Positions 55,178 to 63,953 of a DNA stretch of 64,000 nt are shown in pieces. The DNA is taken from positions 237,551 to 301,550 of IMG/VR virus record IMGVR_UViG_3300036760_000522; one strand, given 5' to 3'. Each line of letters begins with the position of its first letter. The stretch's first letter is position 1. The translations under genes and the position numbers were made by a program. The notes under the pieces are model-generated. The model ran no database searches and was not told where the DNA came from. It worked only from the letters and a program-made list of their open reading frames with translations.

Positions 55178-55561
55178 TCAAATACACACGAGTTGATCGA
55201 TTACTTCCTTGGCGTCGATCTCACCACGCCAATGACGCAAAAGAACGTTTCGATTTCGGTTGATGAACTTGACAACCTGTCTTTTGACGTTGCCAGGTAA
55301 CGTACCCAAGACTTGAGGCGGACTCGTCAGCCGTACTGACACTGCATCCTTCAACCCCTCGGTTGTGATCTTCTCCCCAAGTACAACTTTGATTCTGGGA
55401 CCGTGTTGGGCGTCTGCTCCTGCAAACTCTCCCGCAGAGATCCAAATAACGGCGCCTACGACACCTGTGGTCGAAGGTCGAAGGTTGGACATTGCTTCGA
55501 CGCAAAATCCTGCTGCCTTCTGTTTCTGAAAGTGCGCAGCTACTCGTTTGGCGGAGGTCAC
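55178..55561 (-). CDS. Hypothetical protein with the shared N-terminal leader
   Basis: Starts MTSAKRVAAHFQKQKAA; the core contains SNLRP..TG..IWI..HGPRIKV. Confidence 0.6.
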   Translation of the reverse strand: MTSAKRVAAHFQKQKAAGFCVEAMSNLRPSTTGVVGAVIWISAGEFAGADAQHGPRIKVVLGEKITTEGLKDAVSVRLTSPPQVLGTLPGNVKRQVVKFINRNRNVLLRHWRGEIDAKEVIDQLVCI

Positions 55562-55573
55562 GTGACGAGTATA

Positions 55574-55888
55574 TCAGATCTGAGAGTACGCTGTACGAAG
55601 CCTGCGACACGCTGAATCCCCTGGCTTGACCGCCTGCCGGCAAACGTCTGGACGCTTCGCGTAGACAGAACATCGAACGCTCTTGAGTACCGTCCCCTTC
55701 AGGGCGACACAAGCGGTGACCTCGTGCCCCTTTAAGGGACCCGCCTTCTGTTCGCGCACCACAGCCCGTAGGGCTCCGTAGAGAGGCCTCCCGTCGATTG
55801 CTCTGGAGAAGGCCTCCAAAGGCCCTGGGTAGAGCACGTGGAGCCGTACGAACCGCTTTTCAAGCCTCTTCTCGTCCTCTCTCAACAT
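55574..55888 (-). CDS. YkgJ/CxxCxxCC-family-like protein lacking the N-terminal Cys cluster
   Basis: CVAL..CSVYAKRPDVCR..C. Confidence 0.5.
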   Translation of the reverse strand: MLREDEKRLEKRFVRLHVLYPGPLEAFSRAIDGRPLYGALRAVVREQKAGPLKGHEVTACVALKGTVLKSVRCSVYAKRPDVCRQAVKPGDSACRRLRTAYSQI

Positions 55889-56191
55889 CTGACGGTTTCA
55901 AGATTCTACTCTTACTTGTGAGCTTTCTTTCATCCCTCTGGAATACTGCGTAAGTACGATTCACGGCCCAAGCTCAGGAACAAGAGCAGCGCGAGCAGCT
56001 CCTCACCTGAAGGCACGTCCCAATCGTGTGTGCAGTAGGGCTGATTCTCATCCAAGTCAAACAAGGTCCTTCCCCCGAACATTTTGAGCTCGGGGGGGTT
56101 GGTCCTGGACGTCAACATGTAACGGTGCCCTGTGTCGGTGATACAACACCGCCACCGATGATTCCTAGCAACACCAGTACTTGATAAAAAT

Positions 56192-56593
56192 TCACAGCTT
56201 AGCCCCTCCGATTCGTGAGAGATAATCGACGTGATCTAGTGTCTCTTCGACTTGCCGACCAGTCAATGACCACGGCTCGTTTTGTGGAAGCCGCGCGATG
56301 CAGGCCCATTTGAACGATTGGTGCAGTTGCACAGCACGTACATCATCCTTGAGGTAGTCGGCGAGAATGGCCAGAGCAAGTTGTGCTGGTCCGGATCCTC
56401 CATACCCCCACTCGAAACCTGTCGGGCTGTGATTGACAAGATCGAGACGCAATGGCAATGAGCTTCCGTCAACTCGTCTCACTTGACACGTCTGATCTTC
56501 GTCACGTGTGCCGGTGTACAGGCAGCCCTCAGCCATTCTCTTGCGCACCCCTGCCGCGAACTCTTCTGGGAAACCCCCAACTTCTTCTTCCAT
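56192..56593 (-). CDS. DUF6166-like protein
   Basis: LDLVNHSPTGFEWGYGGSGPAQLALAILAD..FK..IARLP..W. Confidence 0.65.
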   Translation of the reverse strand: MEEEVGGFPEEFAAGVRKRMAEGCLYTGTRDEDQTCQVRRVDGSSLPLRLDLVNHSPTGFEWGYGGSGPAQLALAILADYLKDDVRAVQLHQSFKWACIARLPQNEPWSLTGRQVEETLDHVDYLSRIGGAKL

Positions 56594-56621
56594 TACCCTT
56601 CAACTCCAATCAACTCGATCC

Positions 56622-56924
56622 CTACCACGGTCTTGACCACAGCTGGTGATCGATTTCGCCGTCGTCAGAGACTTCGAACCCGTGCGCCTTCAGCCACGGA
56701 TCGTCAAATTCAACTTCCCCAGATCTTTTCTTGTACTTGTAGGGGATCCGAGCTGCCTTGAGATAAACTCGAACGTCGTCACTAAAAGGTGGAGGTTTAC
56801 CTGTGATGGTGGCGACTAGACCGCGGATCTGTCCCTTGAGACCGACCAGGAACTCGCCATTGCACTGATTGAGCTGCTGACACCTTGCGACGATCAAGGC
56901 CTTGACGTCTTCCTCGCTCATCAT
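56622..56924 (-). CDS. Hypothetical protein
   Basis: RBS AAGCAGGG; 100 aa. Confidence 0.5.
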   Translation of the reverse strand: MMSEEDVKALIVARCQQLNQCNGEFLVGLKGQIRGLVATITGKPPPFSDDVRVYLKAARIPYKYKKRSGEVEFDDPWLKAHGFEVSDDGEIDHQLWSRPW

Positions 56925-57321
56925 GTGCGCCCTGCTTTCCCTCGGTTCCTGTTTCAGATTACACCGCTATGCGGGCCGGGGATCTCTTCACAGTACACCA
57001 GCTCTTGCCAACCTGTCAAATCGCGTAGTAGCGTCGGAGCGATGGAAACCAAAAAGAAGGCGCCTCGAAAATGGGCCGAACCGCGCTTCAGAGGCTTCGG
57101 AGAGACCGAATTAAGTGAAACCGATCTCGAGATGCATTACCCTGAGTACCAACTACAAATGTTGGACTTGAGGAAGGCACTCTTCATCGCAGCAAGCCAG
57201 GCTATGCTTACGCGTACCGCCGGGGTAGGTCCTTCTTCTGTGTCTCTAAAAGCAGCAAAAGCTGCACATGAATACGCCCAGACGGCGACTAAATTTTGGA
57301 GTGAGCAGGAGTACGACGACC

Positions 57322-57636
57322 GTGACTGACAGAATTCGAACCCTGACCGTCGTACTCGATGCCGACTATCGAGATGACGATCTCGAATCACTCCTCACAG
57401 CAATCAAGATGGTTCGAGGTGTCGATGATGTTCAATTTGGTGAAGTCGTCAATTACAAGGACTGGATAGCCCGTCGTGCAGTGAAGACTGAACTCCAGCA
57501 CGAACTGCTCAAAGCAATCAACGGCGTGTTCGAAGAAAAGGCTTGGATAGCCCGTCGTGCAGTGAAGACTGAACTCCAGCACGAACTGCTCAAAGCAATC
57601 AACGGCGTGTTCGAAGAAAAGGCTCGAAGCTTGTGA
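57322..57636 (+). CDS. Hypothetical protein with an internal 27-aa duplication
   Basis: GTG at 57322 after AGGAG. Confidence 0.55.
   Translation: MTDRIRTLTVVLDADYRDDDLESLLTAIKMVRGVDDVQFGEVVNYKDWIARRAVKTELQHELLKAINGVFEEKAWIARRAVKTELQHELLKAINGVFEEKARSL
57463..57624 (+). repeat. Perfect in-frame 81-bp tandem duplication
   Basis: 57463-57543 is identical to 57544-57624 (WIARRAVKTELQHELLKAINGVFEEKA twice). Confidence 0.95.
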
Positions 57637-58034
57637 GCAAGCCAACAACCGTGCTCCTCGACTACGAGCTGCCTTGCTTGGCTGAAATCCTCGCTTGGGA
57701 ACATGCTCCCAAATTCATACTCACGATCTGGGTAAAACCTAACGTCCGAGAGTTGGTCTACCGTGGGGCTCCGCACACCTGCGTGACGATGACGCCAGAA
57801 GAAGTCGTGAACTCTCCGACGTGGACCGTGTTCATCTCGCCCGATTTCGACTTGGTCAGGTCTTGGCACAAATCGGTTGCGTGGCCAAGATATCGGCCTC
57901 CATCAAATGGCATTTGGCTCCGCCCCGAAGGCCCTGAGATTGACACTTGGCCCAATTGCATCAATGCGCCAAGCTTTGATGTTCGATTGAAGTCTCGACT
58001 GCTGCACGAGCTCGAGGTACGAGATAAGCTGTGA
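57633..58034 (+). CDS. Hypothetical protein
   Basis: GTGA coupling. Confidence 0.5.
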   Translation: MSKPTTVLLDYELPCLAEILAWEHAPKFILTIWVKPNVRELVYRGAPHTCVTMTPEEVVNSPTWTVFISPDFDLVRSWHKSVAWPRYRPPSNGIWLRPEGPEIDTWPNCINAPSFDVRLKSRLLHELEVRDKL

Positions 58035-58075
58035 CGTGGTAGTGATTAGACCGATTGGGAATTGAAGACGAAAAC

Positions 58076-58570
58076 ATGTCCATCGAAAGAGGTCTATTTC
58101 ATTTCGCGAAGCATCAGGACCTGACGTTTGGCGAAGCTCTCGAAGCCTTGAAGGCAGGCCAACTAGTCAGGCGTCCATCTTTCAATAGTGGTTCGCACCT
58201 CTACCTCGAAGACAGCTTGTCGGTGAAAATCCGGGCAGGTGCCTACAAGGGCACAACTCGCTCCTACGAGCTTTTCATCGCCCTTTGCCAAGCTCGTTCT
58301 GGAAAACACTACAACTCGTTCACAAACGAGTGGGTCCCCTACCGGGATAAACATCAACCGGGTTGGACTCCGTCTCAAGCCGACATGCTAGCTACCGATT
58401 GGCTCGTGGTCCTACCGACGCCCGTTCCTGAGAGCAAACCAGAGAAGCCACGCAAGAAGGGCCGTCAAATATTTCCGAAGGCCCATTACGCTCATCTGAA
58501 GAAGCTGTCACGTACGCGTGCGAAGGCATCCAAGAAGCGGATGCCGACAAGTTCCCGTCGACCAGGGTGA
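58076..58570 (+). CDS. DUF2829/Tad2-like protein with basic tail
   Basis: LTFGEALEALKAGQLVRRPSFN and GWTPSQADMLATDW. Confidence 0.75.
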   Translation: MSIERGLFHFAKHQDLTFGEALEALKAGQLVRRPSFNSGSHLYLEDSLSVKIRAGAYKGTTRSYELFIALCQARSGKHYNSFTNEWVPYRDKHQPGWTPSQADMLATDWLVVLPTPVPESKPEKPRKKGRQIFPKAHYAHLKKLSRTRAKASKKRMPTSSRRPG

Positions 58571-58848
58571 AAGTGCCCCGACCTGTCTGTCCGGTTCGTC
58601 TCTCCGTGGAGACTATTGCCCACGTCGACCGTATCGTTGCGAAATTGAGACGACAGAATCACGACCTTGAAGTGAACCGTTCGAAGGTTCTTCGGGTTGT
58701 CATTCTTCAGGGGATTGTGGATCTTGAGGTAACACGACGCGATCGATCCCGATCGCGAAACCGATCCCGGGCGGAGCTACAGATTCCACACCAACATTTT
58801 TTGGGTCCTGGGACTCCTCTGAGTTCCCGTTCCCGCCGTTCGAGCTAA
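58567..58848 (+). CDS. Ribbon-helix-helix-like DNA-binding protein
   Basis: VRLSVETIAHVDRIV..NRSKVLRVVILQGI. Confidence 0.55.
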   Translation: MKVPRPVCPVRLSVETIAHVDRIVAKLRRQNHDLEVNRSKVLRVVILQGIVDLEVTRRDRSRSRNRSRAELQIPHQHFLGPGTPLSSRSRRSS

Positions 58849-59158
58849 GACCTGTGTCCTGGACTTCACTTCCACGCCATCGCGCTCTGTCGTCGACTTG
58901 ACGCGCTCTGTCGTCGGACTCCCGTTTACGATCCAGCTTACGAGATCGTTCTATGTTTGCTCGTGAGAGGCGGAAGAATTCGAGAAGCTCTTCATACGTT
59001 CGAACACGAAAGGTGCACCCATCAGGCGGAGGGAAAACGATTTCGTAAACAGGTCGATTTCCTTCCCGCTTGTTTTGGTATTCGACGAGCTCGTCGACAC
59101 TGAGTGTGACCGTCGTGTCCGGCAAGTTAGACAAGGTCATAGTAGGCATGCCCGTCAT
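58700..59158 (-). CDS. Hypothetical protein with a short internal repeat
   Basis: DDRARQV/DDRARWR, a repeat with a 21-bp period at about 58881-58919. Confidence 0.4.
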   Translation of the reverse strand: MTGMPTMTLSNLPDTTVTLSVDELVEYQNKREGNRPVYEIVFPPPDGCTFRVRTYEELLEFFRLSRANIERSRKLDRKRESDDRARQVDDRARWRGSEVQDTGLSSNGGNGNSEESQDPKNVGVESVAPPGIGFAIGIDRVVLPQDPQSPEE

Positions 59159-59243
59159 GCTAACTGGAGATCAACACAGATCAAGCATGATTTGGCTCCG
59201 ACCACTTTATAGTCAAACTGTCGCGTCTTGGGACGGTGACCCA

Positions 59244-59777
59244 TCAGACCTCACTGAGGAGGAGATCGAAATCAATGCCGTCTTCTTCATCGTCAGGTTT
59301 TGAAGTACCCGGCTTCGGCGGCATGGGAGCATTTTGGAGAAGATCCTGAGCTTCCACTGTTGCCACAGCCGCGTGGCGCTTCTTTCTGTGCTCCGCCAGC
59401 TTGGCTTCTACAACAACTTCTGACGCTCTCCGTCCAGTCTTCCGCGTTCCCTTCCGCGCTTCGACTACTTGCCGGATGGCCTCTGTGGCAGGGGCGCGTG
59501 TTTGCCACATGCTTTCGAGTCCGACCTTGACGGCCGCGTTCACTATCGTAGTCCGCGTCGCTGCGGGATACTCACCTTCCAGCAATGAAAGCAGACTCTC
59601 AGACTCCTTTGACAAGTGAACTGGTACGACTTTCTGTGGCATCTTTCGACTCAACACCATACCGCCTAGCGTGGAACGAAACTTTGTAACCGTCGGTGGT
59701 GGCAACTTCGAATCGACGACGTTGTACATGTCGAACACATTCACGGAACGCGTGATCGTTTTCTCTGCAACTGTCAT
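59244..59777 (-). CDS. RHH-like DNA-binding protein (true start probably downstream)
   Basis: VPVHLSKESESLL..TRTTIVNAAVKVGL. Confidence 0.45.
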   Translation of the reverse strand: MTVAEKTITRSVNVFDMYNVVDSKLPPPTVTKFRSTLGGMVLSRKMPQKVVPVHLSKESESLLSLLEGEYPAATRTTIVNAAVKVGLESMWQTRAPATEAIRQVVEARKGTRKTGRRASEVVVEAKLAEHRKKRHAAVATVEAQDLLQNAPMPPKPGTSKPDDEEDGIDFDLLLSEV

Positions 59778-59898
59778 CCAAAGTATCGATGTCGTCGAGA
59801 AGTCGGAACAGGTAGCCCGCTACGGCTTCCCATTCTTCCGGAGTCTTAACCGTACTCGCTACGAGGCGTGTGTCGGCGGTGTCTTCGTTGCGTGACAT
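59599..59898 (-). CDS. Hypothetical protein
   Basis: Start at MSRNED, 59898. Confidence 0.45.
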   Translation of the reverse strand: MSRNEDTADTRLVASTVKTPEEWEAVAGYLFRLLDDIDTLDDSCRENDHAFRECVRHVQRRRFEVATTDGYKVSFHARRYGVESKDATESRTSSLVKGV

Positions 59899-59971
59899 GG
59901 TTTCAACTTCCACGTAATCACGCTCACCTGAGATTGCAAGCATTGTGAAACATTCAGCTAAAACCGTGCTC

Positions 59972-60601
59972 TCAGCCTTGCGTAGCGGTCCCTTTCCCGA
60001 GCCATCCCACGCGTGGCTCTACGAAGTTCGCAATGCCAGAGGCCGAAGCCAGAGACATTGGAACACCATCCTTGGTCAATCCCAGTTTTTCCGCCAAGGC
60101 TAGGCGCTCACACAAGAGGTCTCTACGTTCTGGTCTCGTAAGATCTCCTAGCTCAAAAGATCCTTTTCCCATACCAATGGTCGTTGGGAGACCTGCCACA
60201 CCGTAGTTCTTCATACCCGCGAGCCAAGCTCCAACACATTTCAATTTGCGAGCTAGGGCGTACTCCCATCCGAGAAAATCTGTCTCGTCAGTGAGCTTGT
60301 CGTTGGGAGGTGTCCTGCTGGCAAAAACATGTCCCATCTCGTGGATGACTTCGGCTGCGTCAGACACAGTCCGGACGAACCAAGGATCACAAACGATAAC
60401 ACGTCTCTTCCACAAACAACCAAGCCCTGCATTGAATGGTGCGGGACTAAAGTCGTCAAGGCCTTCGTAGTTGAAATCATCAGGGGCGTCGACCCCTGTC
60501 TTGACTCCTCCGTAGAAGCCAAGCTTTGAGATCACGACGTCTCCGCCCCACCTACGTGCCTGGCGTTGGAGCCGGTGTATCAAGTCTTCGCTGGGGGTCA
60601 C
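59972..60601 (-). CDS. HExxH metallopeptidase-like protein
   Basis: VIHEMGHVF..ETDFLGWE. Confidence 0.5.
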   Translation of the reverse strand: MTPSEDLIHRLQRQARRWGGDVVISKLGFYGGVKTGVDAPDDFNYEGLDDFSPAPFNAGLGCLWKRRVIVCDPWFVRTVSDAAEVIHEMGHVFASRTPPNDKLTDETDFLGWEYALARKLKCVGAWLAGMKNYGVAGLPTTIGMGKGSFELGDLTRPERRDLLCERLALAEKLGLTKDGVPMSLASASGIANFVEPRVGWLGKGTATQG

Positions 60602-60940
60602 AGCTACAGTTTAGCACAGTGAAGCGTGCAGCTGGGTATTCAGGATTGTCAAGACAAAGCAAAATGTCTAAGATGGGATCCGCGAAATGTCTGGTGACCT
60701 GCTACACGACGCGAACAACCGAATTGTTACGGCCACCTTGAAGCTCGAGTTGTATTTGCTCGAGAACGATGGCAAAGGCATTGGCCGGGAAAACGTGCTC
60801 GAGGTTGTGTCGATTTTGAGGGGGCCGCAACAGCACGTGTGGGTTGCAGAAGTCGCGAACGGGGCCCAAGTCTGCATTCACTGCGATGAGCGTTGGCTCG
60901 AGGGCTCTATGCCAACCACGCCGTGCAAGGTGTCAGCGTG

Positions 60941-60976
60941 ACAGGTCAGACAGTCACAGGTCAGACAGTCACAGGT
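60941..60976 (+). repeat. 15-bp tandem repeat
   Basis: ACAGGTCAGACAGTC twice plus a partial third unit. Confidence 0.8.
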
Positions 60977-61117
60977 GTCCCAATGGTGGGGTTTTCGGGT
61001 ACCGAGGAGGCTTCCTCTGCCGGGAAGGGGAGTGCCTGGTTCCAGGGCGCGAGGAACGCAGGCTGCCAATCACGTTTGACGAGCTTCGTGCCAAGTGGCA
61101 GTTGCTCTAACGACAGG

Positions 61118-62995
61118 TCAGATGTTGATCGTGAAAGCCAGCGACGCCAGTTGAGTCCCAGTACCGTCAAACCCACGCCACGTAACGTCTAAGCTCGAAC
61201 CCCCCGAGTCTTCGATCTGCATGGTCCCGAACTGGTTTGTTCCGGTGAACACCCCGGAGCTGTACGTTGCGCCACCGTAACTGCCCGGGCTCACAATGTC
61301 GAGCGGAGCCGCTTGAAACGTACGGATCGGCTCTCCGCCTCCGGAAAGGAAATCGTGATGACTTCCGTCGTCGATGCCGAGGAAGTGTCCATCAGCAGAA
61401 AGCACGATTACTCTACCGGAACAGTTGGCATTGATATGGCTGACGAGTTCAGCTCGCTCTGTCGTAAAACCGCCCCAATGATCTGCGCCAGCCGTCGCAA
61501 CTCCCCCGAACACGCGAGGGCATACCCACACGATCAAGTATCCAGAGGAATTTGACAACAGATTTTTGAACCACGTTTTCTGCGCAGACCCCAACATGCT
61601 CTTGGAAGAATTGTCAGTGGCCGAGTCGAGGCTAGCAGCAGAGCGTTGATCGGTGAGAACAAATCTTACGCGACCTACGTCGAACGTTTGGTAGATTGAC
61701 GTGCCCTCAACAAGAGGATAGTGCGGCACGCGAACACGATACGTTGCACAAGAAGCTACTTTGCTCGGTGAGCTGGCGTCGCTGTTGTTCGGGCCGTAGT
61801 CGTGATCGTCCCACATGGATGCCGTGGGCACGTTACTGAACAGTTCGGCTTGTCGTGGTTGAGACAAGATCTCGTCGTAAGCCGCGTTGAACAAAGCTGG
61901 ATCGTTAACGGCAATGTTGTTGTAATGTGAATCTCCGAGATGCAAGAACAGTAGCGGATCCAGTTCTCGGATCGTGTCGAATACTACTGCGTTGGATGCT
62001 TTGAGAGCGTCGCCTGCGAAAGCCACCGTGAACGAGGCATTGCCGGACGGTGCAGTGCGGAAGCCACCCGTAGGACCTTCTATGGCCTCCTCGTCTATCT
62101 GCACTTCGTAAGTGTACTCTGTGTCCGCATCGAGCCCTGTGATCGCAAACTTAGCGGCTTCGTCGTGGACGACATCAACCGGATCCGTGTACACAGTGCC
62201 ACCAGGACCAGTGACAGCCAAACGCACGGCACTAGCGGCGTACGTGAGCTTCACCACCACCGTTGCACCAGCTTCAGTGAGTGCCCCTACCCAGAGCGAC
62301 TTCACTGTCGGAACCAAGAGACCAAATTCCTCACCCAACGTATCGTTGTAGGAGTCCAGGATCTGTTCGTCCGTTAGCGCAATGCCGTCGATCTCGATTC
62401 CGAATACGTCTGGCGCGACAGTACCAGCATAGTTGATGGACAGTTGCCCAGCAGTGGACCCTGTCGAAGCAACCAAGACTCCAGACGGAGGACCGTACGG
62501 AATTCCGTTCACAAAGAACTGGACGACGACACCGCCAGCAACAGCGCGTCGACGCATTACCACGTGGAAAGGCACGTCAAACGCAGGCAATCCGCGTTGT
62601 AGAGGACCGGCAGAGAAGTACGCGTCTAAACCCGCATCATGCTCACCGAGGTAGGTGAGAGTGTTCTGACTTGTCAACCTGATCGCCCAAATGACATTCG
62701 TCGGATCAGACTCCCCGACTCCTTGAAAGGCGCAAACCCAGACGTTGGTTGGTACTCCACGAAGGATGAGCAGCAGTTGTACAGTGATGTCCCCGTAGAG
62801 GCGCAAAGAGGCGTCGGAAACACCGTTTCTGTTCACCACGCCAGAGGGCGACATTCCGATGGTGTTTTCGTAGACCTGACGAAAAATCGTGGTCGGCCCT
62901 GTCAGATTTAACCCGTTGCCAGAGGCATCGAGTAGGCTTTCGCAGTCGAAACGCGCCAGTGGGTTGTGTCGGTTATCGAACTTGTGTAGTCGCAT
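61118..62995 (-). CDS. LamG-like plus FN3-like plus PhoD-type phosphatase/phosphodiesterase
   Basis: N-part DASGNGLNL..HVVMRR..FFVNG (LamG-like). C-part AFAGD, LHLGDSHY, WDDHDYG.NN, DQRS, MLG..QK.W, DHW, LSADGH (PhoD). Start reassigned to MRLHK at 62995. Confidence 0.82.
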   Translation of the reverse strand: MRLHKFDNRHNPLARFDCESLLDASGNGLNLTGPTTIFRQVYENTIGMSPSGVVNRNGVSDASLRLYGDITVQLLLILRGVPTNVWVCAFQGVGESDPTNVIWAIRLTSQNTLTYLGEHDAGLDAYFSAGPLQRGLPAFDVPFHVVMRRRAVAGGVVVQFFVNGIPYGPPSGVLVASTGSTAGQLSINYAGTVAPDVFGIEIDGIALTDEQILDSYNDTLGEEFGLLVPTVKSLWVGALTEAGATVVVKLTYAASAVRLAVTGPGGTVYTDPVDVVHDEAAKFAITGLDADTEYTYEVQIDEEAIEGPTGGFRTAPSGNASFTVAFAGDALKASNAVVFDTIRELDPLLFLHLGDSHYNNIAVNDPALFNAAYDEILSQPRQAELFSNVPTASMWDDHDYGPNNSDASSPSKVASCATYRVRVPHYPLVEGTSIYQTFDVGRVRFVLTDQRSAASLDSATDNSSKSMLGSAQKTWFKNLLSNSSGYLIVWVCPRVFGGVATAGADHWGGFTTERAELVSHINANCSGRVIVLSADGHFLGIDDGSHHDFLSGGGEPIRTFQAAPLDIVSPGSYGGATYSSGVFTGTNQFGTMQIEDSGGSSLDVTWRGFDGTGTQLASLAFTINI

Positions 62996-63071
62996 GAAGG
63001 TTCCCTTCGTCCTTGGATGGCGAATAAATTGAAAAAAGGAACCCTTGCGTTTCGATATGTAGTGAGGCATT

Positions 63072-63308
63072 GTGGAACACTCAGACGACTCTGTTCTTGT
63101 TTTCCCAGGTACGACCTTTGTTGAGTGTCGTGGCGGATGCGGATGGCATGTACCGTTGATGTCAGATGATCCAAGAGTTCAAACCGGCATCCTTTGTCAC
63201 GAGTGCAACCCGGAGACTCGGGGAAAGACGTTGATGAAATGTGACTGCGACGGGTGCAATTACGGCAAGACACACACGGGGGTCTGGACGAACCGCGAAC
63301 GAAACTGA
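63072..63308 (+). CDS. Cys-rich small protein
   Basis: CRGGC, CHEC and CDCDGC. Confidence 0.4.
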   Translation: MEHSDDSVLVFPGTTFVECRGGCGWHVPLMSDDPRVQTGILCHECNPETRGKTLMKCDCDGCNYGKTHTGVWTNRERN

Positions 63309-63467
63309 ACATCAAACGAGAGCCGAAGCAGTCCGGTGTTGTAGCTCAGCGAACCCAATCAGGCAGACAGAACACTACAAGAAGCAGAATCGTGACAAGC
63401 GACTAAAGGCCGTCTAGCCCGTGTCGGGGAAACAAACCTATCTCCGCAAAGCCCCTGAGACGTACAA

Positions 63468-63953
63468 GTGGCAATCCACGGACTGATGCTCCTCAGGACA
63501 TCGACAAAACCACGCTTGCGACGAGTACGATTTGACCGTACGGGAGACCGCGAGGATCTTTTACGCGTTGGGTATGTCGCCCAAAATAGCCCTCGAGTAA
63601 AACATGAAAGCAGCTTCCGTCAGATGTTGAGAGATGAGATCGAACGCCTTGCTCGGGAAACGGCGAACCCGGATTGGGGTTGTGAAAATGAGTCGTCGAT
63701 CGCAAAAGCTGATTGGGAGTGGGCGACTTCCTTCCTCGCTCAAGCGACTGCCCGTGGTTTGCCTGAACCGACGGTAGCTCCGTGCGGGGACGGCTCAGTT
63801 CACCTGACTTGGTTTCGGCAACGCGATCGCATCGTGATCGAGCACAAAGGTCAACTGACGTTCTTTTCCTCAGCGGTAGGGGAGACCTACGATACTGGCC
63901 CCTTGTCGTCTGACGAGATTGCCTTGGACTGCGTTGTCAACTTCATGTTATAG
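63468..63953 (+). CDS. Hypothetical protein
   Basis: 161-aa ORF; the true start may be downstream. Confidence 0.5.
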   Translation: MAIHGLMLLRTSTKPRLRRVRFDRTGDREDLLRVGYVAQNSPRVKHESSFRQMLRDEIERLARETANPDWGCENESSIAKADWEWATSFLAQATARGLPEPTVAPCGDGSVHLTWFRQRDRIVIEHKGQLTFFSSAVGETYDTGPLSSDEIALDCVVNFML

